From an uncultured Candidatus Saccharibacteria bacterium (GTDB taxonomy: Bacteria > Patescibacteriota > Saccharimonadia > Saccharimonadales > JACDBH01): DNA of 64,000 nucleotides. The stretch spans positions 120,928-184,927 of the forward strand of contig CAZBAF010000001.1 of NCBI GenBank assembly GCA_964490245.1, read 5' to 3'. This document shows, one piece after another, positions 36,462 to 46,291 of this stretch. The translations under genes were made by a program, and so were the position numbers. Positions within the stretch are counted from its first letter, which is position 1; every line of letters starts with the position of its first letter. The notes beneath the pieces were generated by a model. That model ran no database searches. It saw only the letters and a program-made list of their open reading frames with translations, and was not told where the DNA came from.

Positions 36462-38393
36462 TTAGAGATCGGCCAGGTCCAAAACCGTGTTAACGTACTC
36501 GGCGTGGCTCCATACTAATGGCGCAACGCCAACCAGACGGGCGTCGTCCGGATTAATCTGTTCGCTCAATACGCCGCTCGGCATGGTATGTTCTGCCGTC
36601 CACTGCAGGATTGTCTTTGCCTTATCTGCCTGCCCGTGATCAACATAGTACTGCGCCAGCCAGAACGTACAGATAAACCAGGGGTTACCCATCTGTTCGG
36701 GCTTGGCACGCATGTAATTGTCGTCTTCATAGCGCGGCATGCCGCCTGAGGGCGACTGGTCGAACAACGACTTCTCTATCTGCTCCAGCGTCTTTAGGGT
36801 TTTGTCCTTCATGGACTCGGGGCCAAACATCATCATGCCATAAAAACTTGAGGCATCGAGCGTCTTGTCATATTGCAGCGTGCCGTCCGGCTGCAGCAAA
36901 AATCCTTTAACGAACGCCTGACGCTCTTCATCAAACAGTGTTCCCATGTGGCTCTCGATACGCTCAGCCGCCTCGCGCCAGTCAACCGCGTCGTCTGGAT
37001 GCTCGAACATATCAGCAAACCGGGCCGCGACCAGCAGGGAAGCATAGGTGACTGCAACCGTGTAGGTCGAGGTCAGAAACTTTTCCTCCCACAGATCATA
37101 GCTGGCATGCGGCAGATTGGTGGCGTCATCAATAAACGAAGCCATAAACTTGGCCGACGGCCGTATGAACGATTCGTACAGCAGCTCAACAAAGTCTTTG
37201 TCACCGGTGCTCTTGAGATATTCGCCCAGCATAATCATGACAATAGCTGTTTCGTCCTCTTGGATGGCCAGTTCGCGCCGGTTATTGTGGATGAGCGGGT
37301 GCCAGGTGCTGCCGATGGCGCGATCAGGCTGGTATTTGTGCATAAGATAGCCGTCCGGATGCAGCGTGTCACGGCAAAATTCAAAGAAGTTGCGCGCCTC
37401 TTCCTTAAGACCCATACGGATCAGCGGCCAGATAGCATATGCGCCATCGCGCGGCCAGCAGTAACAGTAATAATCTTTGCCGTAATTAAAGATGGACGAG
37501 TCGCCAGAGGCCAAAATCCCGCCCCGTTTGTCGGTGTGCGCCTTGATGATCATGAGTGATTTGCGTACAAGCGCATGATACTCTTCGTTGATACTCCGCA
37601 GCTTGGACTCCGCCGGCGAGAACCATTCCGCCCACCAGCGCCGCGCCTCCCGCAGACGCTTGATCAGGCCGTCTTCTTTAAGCTTGTCGTGAATAGCCCG
37701 GGCGTCATACTGCGACGGCGCGGCCACGACCCAGTAGTCAACTGCACGAGCCTGGGCGCCGGGCAGATGGAGCTTCAGCCTGACGACCGAATCCACGCTG
37801 CCATGCTCAACCGGGTTATTGGACAGCTCGCCGTCCTCGGCATCACGATAGGTGCCTTCTTTGCTCTCGATCTGATAATTACCTACTGCGTACTGGTCAA
37901 ACGGCGTGCCGTCACTGGCCTCGGCATAAATAAGCAGATTGCAGCGACCTTTATAATCGATCAGATAATTACCGTCCGGTTCAAACAGCGCCGTATCGGC
38001 CCGGCCGGCCCGCGAAATCTGGAACACCTGACACATGAACAGCCTGACTTCGCGCTGCTGCTCGCGCAGATTGATAACCTTGATGTGGCGGCAGAAAGCA
38101 TTGACCTCGGGATCGACAAAATCCTTAAACCTCAGTTCGATCCCAATGTCCTTATTGATCATTGATATGTCGCTGACCAGGGCTTCGGTTTCAAAATCTA
38201 CCGAGATCTGCCAGGAGCTCTCGTTGACCCAGCTGAACGTACCATCCACCCACACGCCAATTTTATGCCGCTCGCTGCGGGTTGTAGTCAGGTTGTCCAG
38301 TCCCACATAGGGGTAATAGAAATCATGCACCAGTCCGTGCTTGTTAAAGCCAACAAACAGCTGCCCATTACTCAGTACTACCGGTCGGCCCAT
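36462..38393 (-). CDS. glycoside hydrolase family 15-like (glucoamylase/glucodextranase-type)
   Basis: 643 aa; (alpha/alpha)6-type C-terminal region with YDLWEE catalytic-region motif. Confidence 0.7.
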   Translation of the reverse strand: MGRPVVLSNGQLFVGFNKHGLVHDFYYPYVGLDNLTTTRSERHKIGVWVDGTFSWVNESSWQISVDFETEALVSDISMINKDIGIELRFKDFVDPEVNAFCRHIKVINLREQQREVRLFMCQVFQISRAGRADTALFEPDGNYLIDYKGRCNLLIYAEASDGTPFDQYAVGNYQIESKEGTYRDAEDGELSNNPVEHGSVDSVVRLKLHLPGAQARAVDYWVVAAPSQYDARAIHDKLKEDGLIKRLREARRWWAEWFSPAESKLRSINEEYHALVRKSLMIIKAHTDKRGGILASGDSSIFNYGKDYYCYCWPRDGAYAIWPLIRMGLKEEARNFFEFCRDTLHPDGYLMHKYQPDRAIGSTWHPLIHNNRRELAIQEDETAIVMIMLGEYLKSTGDKDFVELLYESFIRPSAKFMASFIDDATNLPHASYDLWEEKFLTSTYTVAVTYASLLVAARFADMFEHPDDAVDWREAAERIESHMGTLFDEERQAFVKGFLLQPDGTLQYDKTLDASSFYGMMMFGPESMKDKTLKTLEQIEKSLFDQSPSGGMPRYEDDNYMRAKPEQMGNPWFICTFWLAQYYVDHGQADKAKTILQWTAEHTMPSGVLSEQINPDDARLVGVAPLVWSHAEYVNTVLDLADL

Positions 38394-39608
38394 TTAAACG
38401 CCCACACCTTTCTGGCCCAGGCGGTATTGCAAGTCGTGCCAGGCATTCATGAAATTAATAAACGCTTCGTACGGCGACTCATAGGGACTAAAATACGCGT
38501 GCACATCGCCGTCACTGAACCATTTGGTGCACATGTAATAAAAATGATCAGATGTGGTCAATCTGCGCCAATCAGTAATTAAGGCCTCATCGTTGGTGCC
38601 GAGCACTGCCGACTCAAGCGCATAGAGAGCCTCGGCCGCCTGATGCTGCATGCGGTTGCCGAGCCAGGCTGTCAGATCGCGTTCGGTATCGGCCCACGTA
38701 ACGGTATGCGGCATATCAACCTGATCAACGGGTTCGAACGTATCGACTGCCTCGCTGACTGTCATAAAGGTGTGTCCCTCTGACTTCAGCCATTCGCCGG
38801 GCAGATGCCGCAGGAAATCAAAAATACCGGTGTCTTCCCACTGATGCTCGCCAAATGTCTCGTAGTCCATGAACAGGTTAAAGTTGGTTGCATCGCCGGA
38901 TTCGCTCAGCCAGTGAGCAAAGGTGGCGGCTGTTAACGGATATGCCGAGCGGGCCGACTCGCTAAAGCGAAAAGCAATATCGTCGCTTAACTTGTAATTT
39001 TTCATCAGCAACCGGATATTTTCGGTGTGCGTCGGACGATAAACAAAGTTGGGGCTGCGCCAGCCCAAAACCGGATCCCAGCCTTCTGCCAGAATACCCT
39101 TGTAGCCGGCCTTGTCAGCCCAGTAGGCAAGGTCATTATTGTAGGCCAGCTCGGTATTACGGAACACCTGCGGTGTCTGGCCAAAAACTTCCTCGACCTT
39201 GCGGCGGTGCATATCCACCTGATGCTCAAACTCTGAACGCGAATGAAAGAACGCCAGCGAATGATAATACGTTTCGGCCACTATCTCGACGCGGCCGGTT
39301 GCAGCCAGTTGCCTGAAGCTCTCCAGTACGTCAGGCGCCCATTTCTCAAACTGCTCAATGACTGTACCGGTAATAGACAGACTGATTTTAAAATCAGGAT
39401 ACGTATCAAGCAGCTCACGCAGCAGCCGGTTGGTGGGCAGATAGGATTTTTCTGCCACCTTACGGACCACCCGTTCGTTGGATTCGCGGTCGTTATAGTC
39501 GGCATCAAAGTAATTATGCTGGTGCCCGGCGTCAAAAATAGTGTAGTGCCGTACCCGATACGGCTGATGCACATGCAGATATAAAACGATCGCTTTTTTT
39601 GAATTCAC
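38394..39608 (-). CDS. glycoside hydrolase family 57 alpha-glucan enzyme
   Basis: N-terminal …LHVHQPYR… GH57 signature. Confidence 0.7.
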   Translation of the reverse strand: MNSKKAIVLYLHVHQPYRVRHYTIFDAGHQHNYFDADYNDRESNERVVRKVAEKSYLPTNRLLRELLDTYPDFKISLSITGTVIEQFEKWAPDVLESFRQLAATGRVEIVAETYYHSLAFFHSRSEFEHQVDMHRRKVEEVFGQTPQVFRNTELAYNNDLAYWADKAGYKGILAEGWDPVLGWRSPNFVYRPTHTENIRLLMKNYKLSDDIAFRFSESARSAYPLTAATFAHWLSESGDATNFNLFMDYETFGEHQWEDTGIFDFLRHLPGEWLKSEGHTFMTVSEAVDTFEPVDQVDMPHTVTWADTERDLTAWLGNRMQHQAAEALYALESAVLGTNDEALITDWRRLTTSDHFYYMCTKWFSDGDVHAYFSPYESPYEAFINFMNAWHDLQYRLGQKGVGV

Positions 39609-40828
39609 GCAGCCACCCCCAAAACCTCGCTCATATGATGCTTATACCACCCCACCAGCCGCTCGGCTGCCGGATGCCATGATAGACGCTGATACTCATT
39701 ATAAGCATTAGCGTGCAATTCGTCACGCAAACCATCGTTCAGCACCACGGCCGTAATCTGATTTGCCATTTCATCCACATCCCAGAAGTCGACTTTCAAA
39801 CAGTTATTGAACACCTCGGCCACGCCCGACTGCCGTGATATCAGCGACGGCGTGCCGTAGCCGGCTGCCTCCAGCGGCGTCAGGCCAAAAGGCTCCGACA
39901 CTGACGGCATCACAAACAGGTCGCCTATGGCAAAACTGTCGCGCCAGTTTTTACCGCGCTGAAAACCCGTAAAAATAACATTTCTGCTGATGCCTAAGTC
40001 TGCCGCCAGTTCGATCAGCTCATAGTACTGCTCACCCGCACCAACAATCAGGAAAATCGTTTTTGGCGCCTCGTCAACGACCTTTTTGGCTGCATGCAGC
40101 AGGTTTGGCAGGCCTTTTTGAATTGTCAATCGGCCGATATTTACCACCACCCGGTAGCCCTGCGCCTTCATGGCTGTCAGATATCGATGAATATTATCAT
40201 TGTCCAGCGGCTGCACCGTCTCAAGATCCAGACTGTTATGGACCACGTCAACTTTGTCGGCCGGTATGTTGTACTCGCGAACAATGGCGTCTTTTGTGAG
40301 CTGACTGACTGCAATAATGCGGTCTGCCATTAAAAGCCCCATTTCTTCGATTTCGCGCACCAGCGGGTTGCCGCCGCCCGGCCGGCCCGCCCGATCTGCC
40401 TCAATAGAGTGAACGTGCGCAATCAAAGGCTTGCCCGAAACCTGCTTGGCGCGCAACCCGGCCCTGAAAGTCAGCCAGTCGTGCGCATGAATAACGTCAT
40501 ATTCCTTCAGTGTGACCAGCCGGCCAACCGCGCTCTCGAACATGGACTGCTGCTCCCGCATATCCAGCCAGCGTTGACTACCGCCTGGGGCAATATATTT
40601 AAAGCTGTCGTAGGCAATGCCGGCTGTCCGCTGCAGTACTTCTGCACCCTGGGGATGCCCCGACAATACATTCATAAAATCTATGTCGCTGTGGTCGGCT
40701 GTGTAGGGAATGACAAAATCGATGTCCACGCCCTTAGAAGCCAGGGCTTTGCAGAGTTGAAAGCAGGCCACGCCGAGCCCTCCGCTGTTGTGGGGCGGCA
40801 GCTCCCACCCAAGCATCAACACCTTCAT
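39605..40828 (-). CDS. GT4-type alpha-glucosyltransferase (glycogen/alpha-glucan synthase-like)
   Basis: N-terminal …NSGGLGV…; C-terminal EX7E (SEPFGLTPLEA); operon with GH57/GH15. Confidence 0.7.
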   Translation of the reverse strand: MKVLMLGWELPPHNSGGLGVACFQLCKALASKGVDIDFVIPYTADHSDIDFMNVLSGHPQGAEVLQRTAGIAYDSFKYIAPGGSQRWLDMREQQSMFESAVGRLVTLKEYDVIHAHDWLTFRAGLRAKQVSGKPLIAHVHSIEADRAGRPGGGNPLVREIEEMGLLMADRIIAVSQLTKDAIVREYNIPADKVDVVHNSLDLETVQPLDNDNIHRYLTAMKAQGYRVVVNIGRLTIQKGLPNLLHAAKKVVDEAPKTIFLIVGAGEQYYELIELAADLGISRNVIFTGFQRGKNWRDSFAIGDLFVMPSVSEPFGLTPLEAAGYGTPSLISRQSGVAEVFNNCLKVDFWDVDEMANQITAVVLNDGLRDELHANAYNEYQRLSWHPAAERLVGWYKHHMSEVLGVAA

Positions 40829-41000
40829 CCCGCCAGAATCCCTCCTAGACGCACGCTGACAAAAATCCCCATTTGCTTCTTCATGGCCATAGCTTTTAAC
40901 CCAACCCTCAGAATTCCTACGGGAATCATTGCCCTCTGTTTTTAAGTGCTTACTTTATTGGTTTTTATTATACCGAGCGTAAGCGCAATAATACAACACT

Positions 41001-42446
41001 TTACGGTGTGGATATCTTTGCATATCCGGAGATTGCCGGATATGGCCGGATTTGGCGAAGCAGTGCGGCAAGCTTTGCGGCCGGCAGCGGACCTGACGAC
41101 CCTGTGCGGTAAAGTCTTATATCACGGGACGTTTTAGACCACTCGTCAAGCACCGGCTGGATGATCTGCCAGGAGGCAAGCACCTCTTGGGACGAGGCAA
41201 ACAGGGACTGGTCCTGGTTGATGGCATCGAGCAGGACCCGCTCGTACGCCTCTGGACTGGTCAGGCGCGGATACGACCGCCGGTAATCAAAATCAAGCTC
41301 GGTCCGCGTACGATCATGCCCGTGACCCGGCTGTTTGGCAAGCAGCCCCAATCCGATGCGTTCCCGCGGCTGGAGTTGCATATCCAGCACATTGCCTCCA
41401 AAGTCTACCTCAATTGAGGTGCGTTTTTCGTTTAGGCTCTTGCCGGCCCGCAGCACAAAGGGCACGCCCCGCCAGCGGTCGTTGTCAATCTCCAGCACAA
41501 CCGCCGCGTATGTCTCTGTTGTGGTATGACGGTTACCCACTTCCGATTTATACCCCTTGTACTGACCGCGGACCGCACGCTGGTCGACAGCATAGTTCGG
41601 CACCGGCACAATTGACTTCAGCAACTTCAAACGGGCGCGGTGCAGTCCGGCCGAAGACCAGCTTTTTGGCCGATCCATTGCAACCAGGCTCATCAGTTGC
41701 AGTAAATGGCTTTGCACAATATCACGCAGCGCGCCCGTTTGTTCGTAAAACTGGGTCCGCCCCTCAATGCCAATACGCTCATGTGCCGTTATGGTTACAC
41801 TCCTGATATGCCGGTTATCCCATACTGATGCGAACAGCGGGTTATAAAACCGAAAATCAAGAATATTCTGAGCCATTTCTTTGGCAAGGTAGTGGTCAAT
41901 ACGATAAACCTGATCCTCGTTAAACCACATGCGCAGGCTTTTTACCAATACGCGGGCAGAAGCCAGATCATAGCCAAACGGTTTTTCCAGCAGGAGAGCC
42001 GGCGGCACATGTTCGGGGCCGGCTGGCTTATGCAGACCAGCGCGCCCCATCAAATCCACCACTTCATCAAAGATCGCCGGCGGGATAGACAAATAATAAA
42101 GCCGCTGCTGAGCCGCCCCGGTTGTCTGCTCAAGCTCGTCCAGATAGTGCTTTAGCTCTTTATAGCCGGATTGACGGGCCATATCCAGCCGGAACAGGTG
42201 AAAAGACTGCTTAAAACGCCTCAGGGCCGCCTGCGACGGCCTGGCATGCGAAGCCGTATATCTGTCCAGTGGCGCCAGCACGTCATGCTTGGTCAGTTTT
42301 TGGCGAGTTACACCGATAATCTGCGTGTCCGGATGCAATAAATTATCACGCGTGAGATGATACAGCGCCGGCAACAGCTTACGCCGCGCCAAATCACCGG
42401 TGACCCCAAAAATCACCAGTATTGCCGGCCTGAGCGTTGCTCCCAT
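41001..42446 (-). CDS. zwf: glucose-6-phosphate 1-dehydrogenase
   Basis: N-terminal …LVIFGVTGDLARRKLLPALYHL… NADP-binding fingerprint and G6PD-like length. Confidence 0.85.
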   Translation of the reverse strand: MGATLRPAILVIFGVTGDLARRKLLPALYHLTRDNLLHPDTQIIGVTRQKLTKHDVLAPLDRYTASHARPSQAALRRFKQSFHLFRLDMARQSGYKELKHYLDELEQTTGAAQQRLYYLSIPPAIFDEVVDLMGRAGLHKPAGPEHVPPALLLEKPFGYDLASARVLVKSLRMWFNEDQVYRIDHYLAKEMAQNILDFRFYNPLFASVWDNRHIRSVTITAHERIGIEGRTQFYEQTGALRDIVQSHLLQLMSLVAMDRPKSWSSAGLHRARLKLLKSIVPVPNYAVDQRAVRGQYKGYKSEVGNRHTTTETYAAVVLEIDNDRWRGVPFVLRAGKSLNEKRTSIEVDFGGNVLDMQLQPRERIGLGLLAKQPGHGHDRTRTELDFDYRRSYPRLTSPEAYERVLLDAINQDQSLFASSQEVLASWQIIQPVLDEWSKTSRDIRLYRTGSSGPLPAAKLAALLRQIRPYPAISGYAKISTP

Positions 42447-42464
42447 AATATCTTGATTATACGC

Positions 42465-43898
42465 CTATACATCACGCACGCTACCAAAAGCCACGCGGTC
42501 CAGAATCTCGCCGTGCATGTCCATCATGGCGCCCGGTGTAATCACAAACTCGCCGTATCGGTTATTGATCTCATCCACCGCGTCGCTGACCTGGCGCTCG
42601 GCGGCAAAACTGCGGTCCTCTGCCAGCAGACTGAGCTGCTCGGGGTCGGCAGGAGCCAGATTGAACGTCGTTATACTGATGCCGCGCACCTTGCCGTACA
42701 GCTCGGCCCGCTCCAGCAGACTTTTGGCCGCCCGATAGATGCTCTGGGTCGAGTACAGCCGGTGACTGGTCTTTTCGCCGTGATGCCAGGCATTCCGGCT
42801 TAATAGCGTCTCGCCGCCGATAAAGCCATTATCCTTCGCGGGCACCTCTTGGTAGTTCATAAAACTCAAATATAAATGAATACCGCCGGCTGTCATGTCC
42901 AGCCGGCGCAACCGGCGGCCAACCTTTTCGCACAGCTTCAGCAGCAGCCGTGCCAACTCGGCGCGATCGGCAGTTTTGCGGGGCAGGGCATACTGATGGC
43001 CTACCTGGGTGCGCTTGCTCTCGAACCGGTCAATCTCGTACCCGCGCAACCGCAGATACCAATAGTAGCCGGTAATGCCCCGAAACACGACTTTCTCCAG
43101 CACCCGCCGCTCAGCGTGCAAAAAATCCAGCGGCGTCATAATGCCGTAACTCTGCAGCCGACGCCTAAAACGTACATTAATCCCCGGCAGATCCATAAGA
43201 TCCATCCCCTCGTACGTTTTTTTAAGGTTTGTATGATCAATCCTGCGCATGCCGTCAGGCTTGTCAAAGCCGGCCGCAAATTTGGCCAAAAAGCGATTGG
43301 GCCCGATCCCTATGTTTACCGTCACCGCCTCGCCCAGCCGCTCACGAACCTTTTGTTTAATCTCCCGTCCGATCTCTTCCATTGCCAGGCCAACCACCTC
43401 ATCGTCACTGTTTTTAAGGGGTCGGGGGCTGGCGGATGAGTTTTTATGATGTAATGCACGTATCTTCTCGCGGAGGGCAGGCGAGCCCTGCAGGTGCAGG
43501 ACAAATTCGTCGATACTTTTGGGGGTGACCTCGTCGGTATATTCAAGCATAAGCTCCTTGAAACGCCGGTGAGCCTCGCGGTACTTGGCAGGGTCGGGCG
43601 TCATAATCACAATGCCCGGACAAAGCTGGCGGGCCTCGGTTACATTAACGCCCAGCTTGACCCCCTTATACTTGGCCTCATAGCTGGCCGCCAGCACAAA
43701 ACCGCGCGGGGTATCATAAGCCGCCACGCCCACCGGGCGGCCGCGCAACAGCCGGTTGGCCTGCTGCTCGATAATGGCAAAGCAAGAATTAAGGTCAATA
43801 TGCATGACCGTCGGCGCGGACGTGGATATGGGGAGGGATTGTTTTTTCATGGCTTTTCTTGTATAAGTTTTATATGGAGAGAGCACCGGAGGCTTCAC
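42465..43898 (-). CDS. dinB: Y-family DNA polymerase (DinB-like)
   Basis: …MHIDLNSCFAIIEQ…; true start may be the internal Met at 43805. Confidence 0.75.
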   Translation of the reverse strand: MKPPVLSPYKTYTRKAMKKQSLPISTSAPTVMHIDLNSCFAIIEQQANRLLRGRPVGVAAYDTPRGFVLAASYEAKYKGVKLGVNVTEARQLCPGIVIMTPDPAKYREAHRRFKELMLEYTDEVTPKSIDEFVLHLQGSPALREKIRALHHKNSSASPRPLKNSDDEVVGLAMEEIGREIKQKVRERLGEAVTVNIGIGPNRFLAKFAAGFDKPDGMRRIDHTNLKKTYEGMDLMDLPGINVRFRRRLQSYGIMTPLDFLHAERRVLEKVVFRGITGYYWYLRLRGYEIDRFESKRTQVGHQYALPRKTADRAELARLLLKLCEKVGRRLRRLDMTAGGIHLYLSFMNYQEVPAKDNGFIGGETLLSRNAWHHGEKTSHRLYSTQSIYRAAKSLLERAELYGKVRGISITTFNLAPADPEQLSLLAEDRSFAAERQVSDAVDEINNRYGEFVITPGAMMDMHGEILDRVAFGSVRDV

Positions 43899-44500
43899 CA
43901 GAAGTAGTACAAACCTTTACGCACCAAGACTTTCTTCGGCTATCTGCCGAGGAGGATCCGCGCGTCAAAAGCCACCTGACTCGTCTTTTTCGTGCGGTTG
44001 TAAATTATGGACTAGGCACTGACGGAGTGAGTGTCGAGGGGAGCTTTCCGCAAATTGACCGCTCTGTTATTGAAAATGCTATCAACACATTAGAAAGAGG
44101 TGGACAAATTCGGGGCGTAGGCAACAAGTCCACCGAACAGCTGCGAACACTTCTGGAACTCGCCCCCGCACACTCCGATCAACCAAGCCAACCCCGTGAA
44201 CCCACTCTTTTCTCCAAACAGGATTTTGTAAGCATCGCGGCCGACCAGGGTATGCATCCCACTGTCGGAAGTCGTACCTTTACGTCGCTGCTCCACTTTA
44301 TACAGCGCCATCGCGAAGAGCTGGACATGGAGGCCATCGGCGTAAAAGAGGGCGAACAGGCGATCAGCTCTGATCTGCTTCACTACCTTGCTGTGCATGC
44401 GGAAGTAAGGCGCCACATCCGCAACGCAGGCAAACATGTACTGGAAGTAATTAAGTCTGCTACAGAAAAGTCTACCGAGGAAGCTGCTGGCCGCCACTAG
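43859..44500 (+). CDS. hypothetical protein
   Basis: 213-aa ORF divergent from dinB. Confidence 0.4.
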   Translation: MYKFYMERAPEASPEVVQTFTHQDFLRLSAEEDPRVKSHLTRLFRAVVNYGLGTDGVSVEGSFPQIDRSVIENAINTLERGGQIRGVGNKSTEQLRTLLELAPAHSDQPSQPREPTLFSKQDFVSIAADQGMHPTVGSRTFTSLLHFIQRHREELDMEAIGVKEGEQAISSDLLHYLAVHAEVRRHIRNAGKHVLEVIKSATEKSTEEAAGRH

Positions 44501-44670
44501 AGAGTTAACTCGTGCTCTGAACTCTTTTAATGAACTCGCCCAAGTGCAGTATCTGGCGCTCTTCGGGCTCGTACTCCTGTGCCGCGCGCTGGGCGGCCAG
44601 CTCCAGCCGCATAGCGTGCAATATTTTGCGGACCTCTTCGCGCTGTGCGCGCTTTTTACGATTTCTCATA
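44497..44670 (-). CDS. small basic protein (57 aa)
   Basis: AAGGAG RBS 6 nt before ATG; MRNRKKRAQREEVRKILHAMRLE…; not in ORF track (<60 aa). Confidence 0.3.
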
Positions 44671-44803
44671 GGATGCTCCTTTTTTACTTGGTTTCACCGT
44701 TTTTACGCATTTCACGCCAACTATCCTCATCTGTTGTTCCGTGAAAATCGTGAAATGATTAGGTTTCACGCTCGTTTACAAAAAACCTGCGGCCTGCGCC
44801 GCC

Positions 44804-45118
44804 TCAAACACTCCGCGCATATACCACGCTTGCATCGTGGCTGCTCATGTACTCCTCCAGCGTCCATTGCAGACTGTCAGTGTTAAGCGCAAGTTTAAAA
44901 TATGCCTGTCCATCCTGATCAGCGATAGAAAAGTGATGGATCTGATGCTTGCCGGCCCAGGTCTTGTGCCAAAAATCTATCTTGCCTAAGCGGTATTCCT
45001 GATTGTTCCAGCTCAGCATATAGGGCTGCATGTGGCGGGTGCGGGCGTTGTAGTACCAGACCACCGATACGGGCTCGTTCAGCGACTCACGCATGACAGG
45101 CCTCCTGCGGGGATACAT
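44804..45118 (-). CDS. DUF-type small protein, paralog 1 (W/HH motif family)
   Basis: Shares Y.RP..L.W….Y.LG…FW……G…HH……G..F.L.L.T..L.W.L with 45239..45559. Confidence 0.5.
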   Translation of the reverse strand: MYPRRRPVMRESLNEPVSVVWYYNARTRHMQPYMLSWNNQEYRLGKIDFWHKTWAGKHQIHHFSIADQDGQAYFKLALNTDSLQWTLEEYMSSHDASVVYARSV

Positions 45119-45238
45119 ACCGGTTTACGTTTGTCATTTGCCCAATGGTTCTTATAGGCTGCCTGCCGGCTGAAGCCTGCTTTACCTGGCAGGCAGAGAC
45201 TGGCGCCTGCGACAGCAAATCGCATACGAGAGACTTCT

Positions 45239-45559
45239 TCATGCCATCGCCCCCACCAGCGACCGGCCGAGGTCATGCTGCACCTTATTCTCGACCACTT
45301 TATCCAGGTTCCAGGTCAGGTTCTCGGTCTCGAGCGACAGCTCAAAGGTAAAGTCGCCGTACTCGTCACTTACCCGGTAGTGGTGCACCAGCACACCGCC
45401 TCTGTGCTCGCCATACCAGAACTGCACACCGCCTAAGAAATAATCCTCACCCTGCCAGGTCAGGCGCACCGGCCGGGCATACTGATCGCGGCCATTAAAG
45501 CTGAACAATACGTCTACGATGTTTTTGTTTTTAGATGTATAAGAGAGGCTATTACGCAT
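45239..45559 (-). CDS. DUF-type small protein, paralog 2
   Basis: Tandem paralog of 44804..45118. Confidence 0.5.
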   Translation of the reverse strand: MRNSLSYTSKNKNIVDVLFSFNGRDQYARPVRLTWQGEDYFLGGVQFWYGEHRGGVLVHHYRVSDEYGDFTFELSLETENLTWNLDKVVENKVQHDLGRSLVGAMA

Positions 45560-45814
45560 ATCAAATCACTCCGTATAAAAGTTTATATGGGGCGATAGCT
45601 TAACGAACACGCTATCAGACGATTGATTTGATGATAGGCACCGCTGTAAATACGTTGGTGGCTATAAATTGCGTAAAGCCCGCATGGAGGAATCCCTTAG
45701 AGTTACCAAAGAAAGCCCACACGTGACTGCCCCCAGTATACACCAACCCAAACTGCTCATGTCAACCCTCTCCGCTAAATTGTCCGGCCGGACGTATAGT
45801 GCGACAATTATTGC

Positions 45815-46291
45815 ATGGGAAGGAGACTGTCGCCTGCGACTATTTATGTGTTAAAGGGCCTGATGCCCTACACCCGGGCCAATTTGCAGCTGGCCTTTAG
45901 CCCGAATCGCTTCTTTAACGAGCTCGAAAAGCAGTCCCGTTTTAAGAAATCCCGGCTGCGGTCGTCCTATTATCATGCGCGCGAGCAAAAACTCATCACC
46001 GACGACCCCATCCCCAAGCTGACCGCAAAGGGCAGGCAGAGACTTCAGCCCTTCATAGCCAGTAAGCTGAGCGGGAACGGCCGGCTGATGGTTATCTTTG
46101 ACATACCCGAAGGGCAGGCTCACAAACGCCGGCAGCTCAGGATGCTTCTTAGATCGCTTTCGTTTGAGCAGGTCCAGCAGAGCGTCTGGGTGACCAAGTT
46201 CGACCACCGTGAGGTGATCATCGAAGCTTGCCGGGAGCTCGAACTGGAGGGATACGTGCAGCTGCATGAATCGGCGCTCATTTTTTCATAA
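45815..46291 (+). CDS. hypothetical protein with Cas2/VapD-like C-terminal core, no CRISPR nearby
   Basis: …GRLMVIFDIPEGQAHKRRQLRMLLRSLSFEQVQQSVWVTKF… resembles the Cas2 beta1-alpha1-beta2 core. Confidence 0.45.
   Translation: MGRRLSPATIYVLKGLMPYTRANLQLAFSPNRFFNELEKQSRFKKSRLRSSYYHAREQKLITDDPIPKLTAKGRQRLQPFIASKLSGNGRLMVIFDIPEGQAHKRRQLRMLLRSLSFEQVQQSVWVTKFDHREVIIEACRELELEGYVQLHESALIFS

Noticed and set aside
36873-38582. Plus-strand ORFs (228, 196, 91, 105 aa) inside the GH15 and GH57 genes
   Set aside because: Shadow ORFs in GC-rich coding DNA on the opposite strand of well-supported enzymes.
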